From Methanomicrobia archaeon (GTDB lineage: Archaea > Methanobacteriota_B > Thermococci > Methanofastidiosales > NM3), in contig JAUVXU010000010.1 of the NCBI GenBank assembly GCA_030603445.1, positions 355 to 64,354 on the forward strand: a DNA stretch of 64,000 bases, read 5' to 3'. Below the pieces are notes generated by a model that had not been told where the DNA came from, ran no database searches, and saw only the letters and a list, made by a program, of their open reading frames with translations. Below, in pieces: positions 10,744-20,463 of the stretch (position 1 is its first letter; each line of letters starts with the position of its first letter). The translations under genes were made by a program, and so were the position numbers.

Positions 10744-11391
10744 TTACTCACCTCTTTGAATATAACGGCCCCTTTTTTCTATATCTTTTATACGCTCAAT
10801 AACATCATCCGCCTTTATGTGGCTTCCAATATAAGCTTCTGTAAAGCTGCGCCAATAAATTTTCCAATTTTCAAAATGCGTGCTTTTCAGTGCCTGTTTG
10901 AATAGATGAAGATCAACAGCCTGTTTCTCCACTTCAGGGGAAAACTCTCCTAATCCAAAATCGATGAATACTATGTCATTGCCGCGAATTATTATGTTTG
11001 ATGTTGTAAGGTCCCCGTGCACAATCCCGTGGCTATGCAATCTTCCAACCATCTCCCCAATGCCAGAAAGGATATGTAAATATTTTCGAGGATGTTTTTG
11101 CAACATCTCCTTAATCCTTTCGCCACTTATAAACTCCATGACCAAGGCATGTTTCTTCCTATCGATGAAAAATAGGGTTGGTGTGGCAACTCCTGCATTT
11201 TTTGCCTCATGCAGCAGCTTTGCCTCATGCAATGTGCGTGACAGGACTATCTTTTTATCTAGTTCTTGTATTCTATAGCGCTTCCTAACCCTCTCCTTTA
11301 CGATAAGCTTGTAAGGCAGCGCTAAATCAAAGTACTCTTGGGCATCTGTTTTGTAAATCTTGCCCTCCGCCCCTTGGTTAATCAGCTGCAT
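10744..11391 (-). CDS. bud32: KEOPS kinase Bud32
   Basis: QGAEG, KER..KRYR, HGDLTTSN, IDFGL, AVDL, RGRY. Confidence 0.95.
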   Translation of the reverse strand: MQLINQGAEGKIYKTDAQEYFDLALPYKLIVKERVRKRYRIQELDKKIVLSRTLHEAKLLHEAKNAGVATPTLFFIDRKKHALVMEFISGERIKEMLQKHPRKYLHILSGIGEMVGRLHSHGIVHGDLTTSNIIIRGNDIVFIDFGLGEFSPEVEKQAVDLHLFKQALKSTHFENWKIYWRSFTEAYIGSHIKADDVIERIKDIEKRGRYIQRGE

Positions 11392-11998
11392 TGTACACCT
11401 CCATTACCTCCTCTTCGGAATACTTTCCCACCCTGTATACCTTTCCTTCTATGCAATCCATTATTGTGGAAGGTTTCTCCCCTTTGAGCTTCCCTGCATC
11501 AATGGTAAACTGTATGTAGGACAAGCTGCCAGAAAGAGATCGGACAATGTCTTTAACTTCATAAGGATTTGGGTCATTGGACTTATTTGCACTTGTTGAA
11601 ATTACAGGGATGGGGACATTGGCGAGCATGGCCATAACGACCTTGTTATCAGGTATCCTTACCATTATTTTAGAAGGGTTTATTATGGAAGGAATGTATT
11701 TTTTTGGGACTACTAGGGAAATTCCTGGAAATGCCTTTAACAACGCTTTTGCCTTGTTATCAATGCCACAAAACCTTTCGGCCGTAGTGATGTCGCGAAC
11801 TATTACAGGAAGTGGTTTTGATAAGTCGCGCCCTTTTATAATATAAATTTTATATGCCGCCTCTTCATTCAAAGCGTTGGCACCAAGAGCATAGCATGTG
11901 TCAGTTGGATAACAAAAAATTGCTCCTGAAATAATTAACTTCGATAATTGTTTTGAAAAATCCTCATCATCAAAGCGATCAGCAGATATTATCTCCAT
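11378..11998 (-). CDS. threonylcarbamoyl-AMP synthase (short TsaC/YrdC type)
   Basis: YPTDTCYAL, KGR...KP, RIP, STSANKS; no Sua5 C-terminal domain. Confidence 0.9.
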   Translation of the reverse strand: MEIISADRFDDEDFSKQLSKLIISGAIFCYPTDTCYALGANALNEEAAYKIYIIKGRDLSKPLPVIVRDITTAERFCGIDNKAKALLKAFPGISLVVPKKYIPSIINPSKIMVRIPDNKVVMAMLANVPIPVISTSANKSNDPNPYEVKDIVRSLSGSLSYIQFTIDAGKLKGEKPSTIMDCIEGKVYRVGKYSEEEVMEVYNAAD

Positions 11999-12957
11999 AT
12001 GACATCCACCTCATCGGTACGCCACTTTTGCTTCACTTTTGTGTCTGATATCTCCGTCCTTCTTCCGGCACCATATTCTATCATGCCCAAAACAGCTATC
12101 ATCGCGCCATTATCCCTGCAAACATCAAAGGGTGGAATAAATACTTCTGCACCCCTCTCCTCACACATTATATGGCACATTTCACGAAGGCGTGGTGCGG
12201 CAGCATTTCCTCCGACAAGAAGCATCTCATTTTTTTGTGTATGGGAAATAGCACGCTCCGTGGCTTCGACAACTATTGAGAATGCTGTTTCCATAAGAGA
12301 AAATGTCACATCTTCAACAGGGTGGGTCTTTGCGTATTTAATAGCCTCAGTAAGCATCCCTGTAAACGAAAAGTCCATTCCCTTGATGGTATATGGTATG
12401 TCCAGATACTTTGTTCCTTTTGATATATAATCATCTATTATCTTGCCGCACGGGAAGTTGATGCCTATGGCACGGGCATACGTATCTTGCATATTTCCTA
12501 TCCCAATATCAAGAGTTTCGCCAAAAACCCTGTAGCGCCCTCCCGCAAATGCAAGTATCTGGGTATTCCCGCCTGATACGTACAACGTTACAGGATCCTT
12601 TATTCCTAAGAGGAACCTGCCAACCTCAATGTGGGCTATACAATGATTTACCCCTATGATAGGTATGTTTCTGCTTACGGAAAGTGTGCGCGCTGTTGTT
12701 GCCCCAACACGCAGGCATGGCCCAAGGCCAGGTCCTTGGGCGAATGAAACAAGATCGACATCCCCTATATCAATGCCTGCTGCATTTATCGCGCTAGATA
12801 CTGTTTTACCAGCTACTATGGCATGGTGATCGGCAGCCAAACGGGGATGAATGCCCTCCCCCCCATATGAATCTACGATATTTGATAGTATATTATTATT
12901 ATCGCAGATTCCAACGCCAAATGTGTGTGCTGTAGACTCTATTCCCAAGGTTATCAT
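11989..12957 (-). CDS. kae1: tRNA N6-threonylcarbamoyltransferase Kae1
   Basis: LGIESTAHT, GPGLGPCL, VNHCIAHIE, VSGGNTQ, DNGAMIA. Confidence 0.96.
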   Translation of the reverse strand: MITLGIESTAHTFGVGICDNNNILSNIVDSYGGEGIHPRLAADHHAIVAGKTVSSAINAAGIDIGDVDLVSFAQGPGLGPCLRVGATTARTLSVSRNIPIIGVNHCIAHIEVGRFLLGIKDPVTLYVSGGNTQILAFAGGRYRVFGETLDIGIGNMQDTYARAIGINFPCGKIIDDYISKGTKYLDIPYTIKGMDFSFTGMLTEAIKYAKTHPVEDVTFSLMETAFSIVVEATERAISHTQKNEMLLVGGNAAAPRLREMCHIMCEERGAEVFIPPFDVCRDNGAMIAVLGMIEYGAGRRTEISDTKVKQKWRTDEVDVIWR

Positions 12958-13527
12958 AAATTCACACAATCCATATGAGTAGAGGGAATATGTAATGAAT
13001 CATTATAAATGTATTTTTATTTATAGGTCCTTGTTTGTAAATCCTTTTTTTCCTAAAAGATAGGTAAGAGCTAATAATATGAAAAATTATAGCTATGCCT
13101 AAATTTTTTATATAAAATTCTTAAAAATATTAGAATCATGATATTGATTTAATTTACCATGATAAAACGAATTTCTTAATAATAATCAGAATACAATAAG
13201 TTATTTAAAGGGAACCCTGTACCACAGATATTACTTCCTCCTATATTCAAATGTTTTATGGGCGAGTATCCCCTTTTTTTATTCGCCCATGAAACAAACC
13301 TTTTGATCAAATAGTTCTATATCGGTGTCTATTTGACTTTACATTCCGCTTTCAAGTGTATCTATTCATGACTTGTTTTTTATCTATTTAACGTGTTCTA
13401 TAGGCGTAGAAATATCTGCTTTTTTATCCAAGTATTAATCAGTTCCATGAGGGGTAGTTATATTGAAATACTTTATGCAGAAATAAAAATGGATAATTTG
13501 TTTTCTCCAAAACAAATTGGGTTCTGT

Positions 13528-13641
13528 GTTGGTGCAATAATTTCAGACATACCTATGGTGGATAAGATAGATATTTCTGCAATATCCACTGGAGATATTA
13601 TAAAAATCGATGGAGAAAATGTAGAGATAATAAAAAAATAA
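13528..13641 (+). pseudogene. 3' remnant of DUF126/AcnX swivel-domain gene (phosphomevalonate dehydratase small subunit-like)
   Basis: VGAIISDIPMVDKIDISAISTGDIIKIDGENVEII matches the DUF126 C-terminus; upstream sequence has no matching N-terminus. Confidence 0.6.
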
Positions 13642-13651
13642 TAGGGAAGTG

Positions 13652-14593
13652 TTAGATGCATTCGCACCCGAGCGCTTCGTTTATATTCTTCATTAACTTT
13701 ATTGCTTTTACAAGCTCGCCGTTAGAGTATATTGGATTTGAAAGCGACGTGGCGTTTGCCATATGCTCCTGCGCTTCCTCGATCATTTCCTAAACTTCTT
13801 CAGGTACCTCTTCTGGCAGGTTTTCAGCAATGCAGTTCCACATGGTGTTTGCATTTGCGAGCTGCGTGTTTGCTATCGGCTTGAAGATGGCGAACAGATT
13901 GATGGGATTACGTGGAACAGCTGGTCCAGCCATTTTAACAAAGAATATCTCACGATCGTTTCCTCCCTCTTCTCCCCACCACGTGAGGTAGGAGTTGCCT
14001 GAGGGGTCTGCTGCTATCTGCGAAGATTCATCAGCATATGAGTTGTCGGTGACCTGTGTGGTGTCGGTGACTGTGTCTGAGGAGTCTACCTTTGCCCAGA
14101 ATATCTCAGCATCGCCATCTTCTCCGTACCATGTGAGGTAGGAGTTGCCTGAGGAGTCGATTGCTATCTGTGGATAGTACTCATGATATGAGTTGGTGGT
14201 GACCTGTACTGTGGTGAAAGCGCCTGAGGAGTCTACCTTTGCCCAGAATATCTCATAGTCATTTCCATCGTGTCCGCGCCATGTGAGGTAGGAGTTGCCT
14301 GAGGAGTCTGCTGCTATCTGCGGATCTTCATCACTATAATCGTTGGTGGTGACCTGTGTGGTATAGGTGACTGTGTCTGAGGAGTCTACCTTTGCCCAGA
14401 ATATCTCACCGTCGTTTCCTCCTTCGTATCCCCTCCATGTGAGGTAGGAGTTGCCTGAGGAGTCTGCTGCTATCTGCGGATCCCTATCAATATAATCGTT
14501 GGTGGTGACCTGTGTGGGTGTGGTCTGGCCGGCAATTGGTGTTATTAATAAAAATGTTATAAGAAAAATAATTATTATAGTTGCTTTTTTCAT
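13652..14593 (-). CDS. secreted protein: 4 beta-propeller-like repeats plus shared C-terminal tail, interrupted by in-frame TAG at 13790-13792
   Basis: Signal peptide MKKATIIIIFL; past the TAG the frame continues EMIEEAQEHMANATSLSNPIYSNGELVKAIKLMKNINEALGCECI*. Confidence 0.8.
13945..14515 (-). repeat. four ~55-aa tandem repeats (QVTTNDY.D.DPQIAADSSGNSYLTW.G...EIFWAKVDSS), last one partial
   Basis: Repeated nucleotide block gtgaggtaggagttgcctgagg occurs four times. Confidence 0.85.
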
Positions 14594-14795
14594 ATTAAAC
14601 TCTCTCCCCTTTTTTGGATTTGTATAATATTAAATAAATGTTTCTGTGAAGAGGGGAATTTTTCTATTTTTATACGAATGAAGAAAAGAATTGGAAAGCA
14701 CGTGTTAGAATTCTAATTTACTTAATTCCATAATTAACTTTCTCATTTTGTAATTATCAATGCTATATTTTTAACACTTTTTTTTATGTGTTTTA
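14590..14795 (-). promoter_or_regulatory. conserved upstream element of tail-family genes (copy 1)
   Basis: Proximal part matches 63733-63885; distal part matches 61350-61500. Confidence 0.65.
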
Positions 14796-14951
14796 CCATG
14801 TGCTCCCACTTGCTGCTTGTCCGTGCTTCTCTTGGTACAAGCACTTGTTCTAATCAAGAAGGCTAAGCACCTCTTGTGCCACGCACTGTGTGACCAGTAT
14901 ATATGCATATACCAATCGAAAACCATATATTCTTTATACTGTATTAAAAAT

Positions 14952-16358
14952 ATGAAGAATTACAAGTTTTGTTCTATTATACTTTTATTATTGATAATAT
15001 TTTCATGCGCCGGATGCATATCAGGTGGAAATGATGAAGGAAATACCACCACAACGCCCACCGAAGCACCTACCACTACAACACCGGCCCCTACTGAGCC
15101 ACCCACTGTTACTCAGCAGCCCACATCGACTGTTCCGCCTACTACCGTTCCGCCGGCACCAGAATTTGTCCACAGCGAATGTTCGACCAATTCTATGAAC
15201 TTTGATGCAGGAAATACCAGATATTACATGTGCAACGCACCAGATAATCCCACTGAAGTATGGAAGGCGGATACTTTAATGATGCAGGGATATATCCTAA
15301 CGGACTATGACAGGGCATATCTTTTTCAAAGCAATTATGGGGATTATGAGGTAAAATGTTACGATGTATACACTGGTGAAAATCTTTGGACCATAACCAC
15401 CCCTTTCATGAATTTTCAAAATGTTTTTTTGAAAGATGAACGGATATACATGTTCCAATTCACTGATGTTGACTCATTGTACTGTTATGATGCAAAGGAT
15501 GGAAAATTCCTTTGGAATTCAGAGAATATCATGGACCTTTATCCAGGTGAAAAGAGATTTCACTTGTCCAGCTTAAACTACTCCGATGGAAAGATACTTG
15601 CAGTGCTAGTTACATTAGCCGATGATATAATAGCTGGGGATGGAAGATGCTTATGTTGCTTTGATTCTAGCAATGGAGAGATATTATGGCATAAGATATT
15701 TGATCAAGATTCATGCTCTCGCCCTGCAATCGAGAATGGGACAGCTTATTTTTCCACCATCTTGCTTGACCAGACATACAATTACAGCACTAACGATGTT
15801 GAGAAGATAATCGGTATTGATATGGACAATGGGAATCAAGTATACGATATATCAAGGGATGAGCACTATTTCAATCAAAGACAAATAATCGTATCTGATG
15901 GAAAGATATATGCCATTGGGCAAAAAAGAGACCTATTTGGCCAGAGGGAAGAGTACAACATGTACCTATTCTGCTTTTCGGCATACTCTGATGATGTCCT
16001 ATGGACATATAAGATAGTGGAGAAGCGGTGGGGCAACCTTACTCTAGGCGAGGACAAGATCTTCATATCCATGCAAGACTATATAATATGTATAGATACC
16101 ACCACGCATGCGGAACTCTGGAGGAAGCAGATAGAATATTATAATGAATGGAATCCGCCGATATACGCCGGAGATAAATTGATAGTATTTATATCACAGA
16201 CAGGGGTAACATCCCAGGTGATGGCCTTGGATCCCGAAACAGGACAGGACTTATGGACAGTGGATCTTGAGGGATTGCAGATAGCGAATGCAGCCTCGTT
16301 CTATAAAAATCTGATGCTAGTGGGTACAGATCTGGGATATCTTTACTGTTTTGAATGA
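14952..16358 (+). CDS. lipoprotein with Thr/Pro linker and PQQ-like beta-propeller
   Basis: MKNYK...AGCI lipobox, TTTPTEAP linker, repeated YDAKDGKFLW-type blades; start moved to 14952. Confidence 0.8.
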   Translation: MKNYKFCSIILLLLIIFSCAGCISGGNDEGNTTTTPTEAPTTTTPAPTEPPTVTQQPTSTVPPTTVPPAPEFVHSECSTNSMNFDAGNTRYYMCNAPDNPTEVWKADTLMMQGYILTDYDRAYLFQSNYGDYEVKCYDVYTGENLWTITTPFMNFQNVFLKDERIYMFQFTDVDSLYCYDAKDGKFLWNSENIMDLYPGEKRFHLSSLNYSDGKILAVLVTLADDIIAGDGRCLCCFDSSNGEILWHKIFDQDSCSRPAIENGTAYFSTILLDQTYNYSTNDVEKIIGIDMDNGNQVYDISRDEHYFNQRQIIVSDGKIYAIGQKRDLFGQREEYNMYLFCFSAYSDDVLWTYKIVEKRWGNLTLGEDKIFISMQDYIICIDTTTHAELWRKQIEYYNEWNPPIYAGDKLIVFISQTGVTSQVMALDPETGQDLWTVDLEGLQIANAASFYKNLMLVGTDLGYLYCFE

Positions 16359-16661
16359 TATCCTTCCTTTTTTTATATTTATTTATATTTTTATCCTTGG
16401 TGCAATTATTGTGAACAGTATAAATATAGTTAAAAATATTCTCTCATACTTTTAACGCATGAAAGAGATTTAGTTTCATATATTGTAAATAATATATGGT
16501 ATCTATAAACAAGATATAATTTAATGTTTGGAAGATGAAAAGAACGTCATTTTTTCCTACAAAAGATATTTAAATATTCGCATTTTATGGTTATTCCAAG
16601 ATATAGTTTTTAATATTATAAATAAATAAGAACAAAAATGAAATTACTATGAGGGGCTTTT

Positions 16662-17006
16662 TTGAAAAAAAAAGATGTTCTTATAAAAATAAGGGAAGAA
16701 GAAGAGAAAGGACAAGAAACTATAGCGCAAGCTAAGCAAGAGCAAGAGCGTTTGGTGCAAGAAGCCATCATAAAAGCACATACAATAAGGGAAAATGCAC
16801 TAATAAAAGCTAACGAGAAATACAATGCGACCATAGACAATTTTCATAAAGAAATGACACCCGAAGAGCGTAAGCTAATAGAAAAAGAGGAACAACTAAT
16901 TGCAAATCTCAAGGAAAGGGAGATTGGTAATATTGACAAAGCTGTTTCCATAATACTCGATGATTTCGTGAGGTATATTGATGCTAAGACCGAAAAAAAT
17001 GAGTAA
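16662..17006 (+). CDS. atpH: A-type ATP synthase subunit H
   Basis: First gene of atp operon; charged coiled coil DVLIKIREEEE...IDKAVSII. Confidence 0.75.
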   Translation: MKKKDVLIKIREEEEKGQETIAQAKQEQERLVQEAIIKAHTIRENALIKANEKYNATIDNFHKEMTPEERKLIEKEEQLIANLKEREIGNIDKAVSIILDDFVRYIDAKTEKNE

Positions 17007-18606
17007 GGTTCTAATTGTGGGTGGAAAAGACGAACTCGAAAAAACGATAAATACCCTCTATAACTTAAAGATAATCCACATTATAGACTATCAAGGTGCT
17101 GAAGAAGGTTTTGAGATGGGCAACCCCTCAAAAAAATCTTCCCTCTTTAGCGAGTATGTTCTTTCTTTGCGCGGACTAAAAGATGTCTTGAACCTCTCCG
17201 ATAAAAGTTTAGATAATGAGCTATCAGATTTTGAGTTTTCAAAAGATTTCAAGTCCAGATTAGAGAAGCTAGAAAACGATGTCATGATCAGACACAAAAA
17301 AATAGAAGACCTAGAGATACTCTTATCCGACATCGAAAAGATAGACAATGTAGAAGAGCTTGGAAAGCTTGGACTATCTGAAGATGTAAAAAACATAATG
17401 GTAGACCTCATACGATCAAAACAGAATCTTCTAAAAGAACGTAAGGACCTTGAGGAAGAGCTAAAATCAATAAACGAGGAATACCGCAACTTCATTCTCA
17501 CTGCAGAGGATTTCCTCACACGAGAAATTGAGAAGGCAGAGACCCCCCTTAGGTTAGCAACCACAGAGAACACATTTCTAATTGAAGGATGGATACCAGA
17601 AGAAAAAGAGGAACACGCCCAAGAGGTGTTACACAAAGAAAGCGAGGGAAAGGTGCATATAGTACATTTGGATGAAGCAGAAGATGATACTCCAACATTC
17701 GTGGAAATGCCCAAACCAATCAAACCGTTTGAGGTATTAGTGGACATGTTCTCCACGCCCCATTATAACGAAATATCACCAACACTGCTCATTTCATTCA
17801 CATTTCCCCTATTTTATGGAATTATGCTAGGCGACCTTGGGTACGGCCTCGCACTGCTAGGGCTTGTAACGTATCTACGAAGAACACAAAAGACACCTGG
17901 ATGGCAGTCGTTATTAAATATCATGGCCTATGCAAGCTACTTCACAATGGCATGCGGAGTTGTGTACGGGGAGTTCTTTGGATTAGAGCTGTTCCATTTG
18001 TTAGGCATTGGAGAGATAGGCGGCATGCACATGCCTCTTGCCCATCGTTTGGACAATATTGTGCAACTACTTGTTATTTGTATTGGGATTGGTGTAGTGC
18101 ACATTTCTTTGGGATATATTGTGGGGTTTGTCAATGTATACACTAACAAGGGGCTAAAGCGTGCCATATTCGAAAAATTATCGTGGATGGGCATATTATA
18201 CTCTATGGTAGGGCTATTCATATACCCTGAATTAAGATACCCTTTGTTTGGGGCAATGATATTCTTCATTGTATTGATGTATCTTGGAGAGGGGATGATG
18301 GGCCTAGTTGAGATATTCTCACTTATCTCAAATCTAATATCATATACTAGGCTGCTTGCAATAGGCCTGTCTTCCGTAGGGATAGCTATGGCCATAAACG
18401 AGATAGTGTTCAATTTGATGATTCCAAAAGGGGCTTTATTTAGCGCTTTTGGGGTAGTTTTATTAATATTTAGCCATACCCTCAATCTTGCATTAGGTAT
18501 CATAGCATCGTTTTTGCATTCGATACGCTTGCAATATGTGGAGTTTTTCACTAAATTCTACAAGGGAGGGGGAATAAAATTCACACCATTAGGTGTTAGA
18601 AAATAG
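16981..18606 (+). CDS. atpI: A-type ATP synthase subunit I
   Basis: MLRPKKM, EGWIP, GIMLGDLGYG, ISYTRL, HSIRLQYVEFFTKFY. Confidence 0.95.
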   Translation: MLRPKKMSKVLIVGGKDELEKTINTLYNLKIIHIIDYQGAEEGFEMGNPSKKSSLFSEYVLSLRGLKDVLNLSDKSLDNELSDFEFSKDFKSRLEKLENDVMIRHKKIEDLEILLSDIEKIDNVEELGKLGLSEDVKNIMVDLIRSKQNLLKERKDLEEELKSINEEYRNFILTAEDFLTREIEKAETPLRLATTENTFLIEGWIPEEKEEHAQEVLHKESEGKVHIVHLDEAEDDTPTFVEMPKPIKPFEVLVDMFSTPHYNEISPTLLISFTFPLFYGIMLGDLGYGLALLGLVTYLRRTQKTPGWQSLLNIMAYASYFTMACGVVYGEFFGLELFHLLGIGEIGGMHMPLAHRLDNIVQLLVICIGIGVVHISLGYIVGFVNVYTNKGLKRAIFEKLSWMGILYSMVGLFIYPELRYPLFGAMIFFIVLMYLGEGMMGLVEIFSLISNLISYTRLLAIGLSSVGIAMAINEIVFNLMIPKGALFSAFGVVLLIFSHTLNLALGIIASFLHSIRLQYVEFFTKFYKGGGIKFTPLGVRK

Positions 18607-18618
18607 GAGGTGTAAAAA

Positions 18619-18855
18619 ATAGCAGATATTACCATTGGCCTTATTGCAATTGCAGCTGCACTTGCGGTCGGGTTAACAGGATTTGCATCAGCCATTGCTG
18701 AAAAACATATTGGTTCAGCTGCAGTAGGAGCCATTGCTGAAAAAGAAGAACTATTTGGTAAAGTATTGTTACTTACGGTCATCCCGGAGACCATTGTCAT
18801 CTTTGGCCTTGCTGTAGCATTGATATTGCTCTTTGTTGTTCTTCCAGGGCTGTGA
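18619..18855 (+). CDS. atpK: A-type ATP synthase proteolipid subunit K (c), ATA at start position
   Basis: GGAGGTG RBS then ATA-GCA-GAT; 78 aa IADITIGLIAIAAALAVGLTGFASAIAEKHIGSAAVGAIAEKEELFGKVLLLTVIPETIVIFG. Not in ORF track. Confidence 0.92.
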   Translation: MADITIGLIAIAAALAVGLTGFASAIAEKHIGSAAVGAIAEKEELFGKVLLLTVIPETIVIFGLAVALILLFVVLPGL

Positions 18856-18860
18856 TAGGA

Positions 18861-19487
18861 ATGTCACTTGATAATGTGCTCGAGCAGATACGCATCGAAG
18901 CAAAAACCCAAGCAGCGAATATAATTAAGGAAGGTAGGGAACAGTCCGAACACATAATCAATGAAGGAAAAAAAGATGCAAGAAAAATTATTGAAAAGAA
19001 GGAAAAAGAACTGGAACCCCATATAAAGAAGCTTAAAGAAATCCGCTTATCAAAAACGCGCATTACGTACAAACGAAAGAGGATGGAAATAGAGAAAGAA
19101 ATAATAAACATGTGCTGGGAGAAGGCAAAAGAAAGAGTCGGCCTTCTAGACCCAGATCTTAATGAAGAATTGATCAACAAGATCCTTCACATTGTTAGGG
19201 CAACTCCAGTTTTTTCTATACGCTCGATTATGGCAAGAAAAGATAAAGACACCGAAACAAAGCGGCCATTCTACATATATTCGAATGAAAAGGATGCTCA
19301 ATTGGTAAAAAGGCTATCAGACCTGGAGTACGCAGGAAGCATCACTTGCCTTGGTGGCATCATCGCAGAGGCAGAGGACCGTAAATGCAGGGTCAATCTA
19401 ACTTATGATCAAATACTCAAGGACATCTATGAGATCTCACTCATAAAAATATACAATGTCCTATCAGGTGATGCACAAGATGGATGA
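18861..19487 (+). CDS. atpE: A-type ATP synthase subunit E
   Basis: MSLDNVLEQI, CLGGII, operon position. Confidence 0.88.
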   Translation: MSLDNVLEQIRIEAKTQAANIIKEGREQSEHIINEGKKDARKIIEKKEKELEPHIKKLKEIRLSKTRITYKRKRMEIEKEIINMCWEKAKERVGLLDPDLNEELINKILHIVRATPVFSIRSIMARKDKDTETKRPFYIYSNEKDAQLVKRLSDLEYAGSITCLGGIIAEAEDRKCRVNLTYDQILKDIYEISLIKIYNVLSGDAQDG

Positions 19488-20463
19488 AAATTATGCATAC
19501 CTAAATTCTAGGATATCTGCAATGAAATCCAAGCTTATCCCAATGATCTCCTATAAGAAAATGTTGCTGATGGAATTACCAGAGATAACGCGATACATAA
19601 GTGAAGGCGAGTACAAAAAAGACATAACAGAGCTTTCGAGAAGTTTTAGAGGAATAGATCTAATCGAATATTCCCTAAACCTAAACCTGGCACGCACTTA
19701 TCAAAAACTTATAGATTTATCGACAGGAAAAACACACGACATCATCAAGTTATACATGAAGAGATGGGACCTTGAAAACATCAAATCAATACTTCGAGGC
19801 AGATTATCTGATGTTAATTCAAAAGAGATAGCTGAGACCCTCATACCTGTTGGTGAGATGAAGTTCTCCTATCTTATCTCATTGACCAAGAAAGACTATG
19901 GCACCATAAAAAAGGAACTGGAAAACAAGGGTATAATCCCTTCAGGGTATGCATCGCTCTCAGAGCTTGAATCAGAGCTCGACAAGAATTATTATGCTGA
20001 AATGCTGCACGTAATTAAAACACATGAGGAAAAGGAACTGGAACAGTACCTCTTAAGAGAGGTAGACATGCATAATCTGAAAATACTTCTTCGCTTGAAA
20101 AAAGAAAATGCACCATTTGAGCGTATCGTAAACGAGATAATGCCCCTGGGAAGAAAAGTAACACCAGGATATATCATCAAGTGCAAGGATTTAACATTTG
20201 AGGAAACAGTCTCGAATGTAAAAAAACTATTCCCAACATTGCAGTTCCGATCGGATGACTCGATAGCGATAATAGAGCAAGAAGTTGACAAGTCGCTTAT
20301 ACTGTATGGCGAGAAGATATCCCACCTCCATATGTTCTCCCCTTTAGCATCTTTGGGATTTATTTTAAGAAAATATATGGAAATATTAAACTTACGCTTG
20401 ATAATAAGAGGAAAACAGCTCAATATCCCTCCAAAGACTATTGAGAGAATGCTGGTGGTATAA
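19480..20463 (+). CDS. atpC: A-type ATP synthase subunit C
   Basis: YAYLNSRISAMKSKL, WDLENIKSILR, EILNLRLIIRGK. Confidence 0.92.
   Translation: MDENYAYLNSRISAMKSKLIPMISYKKMLLMELPEITRYISEGEYKKDITELSRSFRGIDLIEYSLNLNLARTYQKLIDLSTGKTHDIIKLYMKRWDLENIKSILRGRLSDVNSKEIAETLIPVGEMKFSYLISLTKKDYGTIKKELENKGIIPSGYASLSELESELDKNYYAEMLHVIKTHEEKELEQYLLREVDMHNLKILLRLKKENAPFERIVNEIMPLGRKVTPGYIIKCKDLTFEETVSNVKKLFPTLQFRSDDSIAIIEQEVDKSLILYGEKISHLHMFSPLASLGFILRKYMEILNLRLIIRGKQLNIPPKTIERMLVV

Noticed and set aside
13945-14515. Direct repeats of ~165 bp as possible CRISPR or MITE
   Set aside because: They are in-frame protein repeats.
14796-14900. GC-richer patch giving an N-terminal extension to the 14817 ORF
   Set aside because: The lipoprotein signal begins at 14952; the patch looks like an unassignable gene remnant.
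18558-18800. 80-aa minus-strand ORF filling the atpI-atpE gap
   Set aside because: Antisense shadow of atpK.
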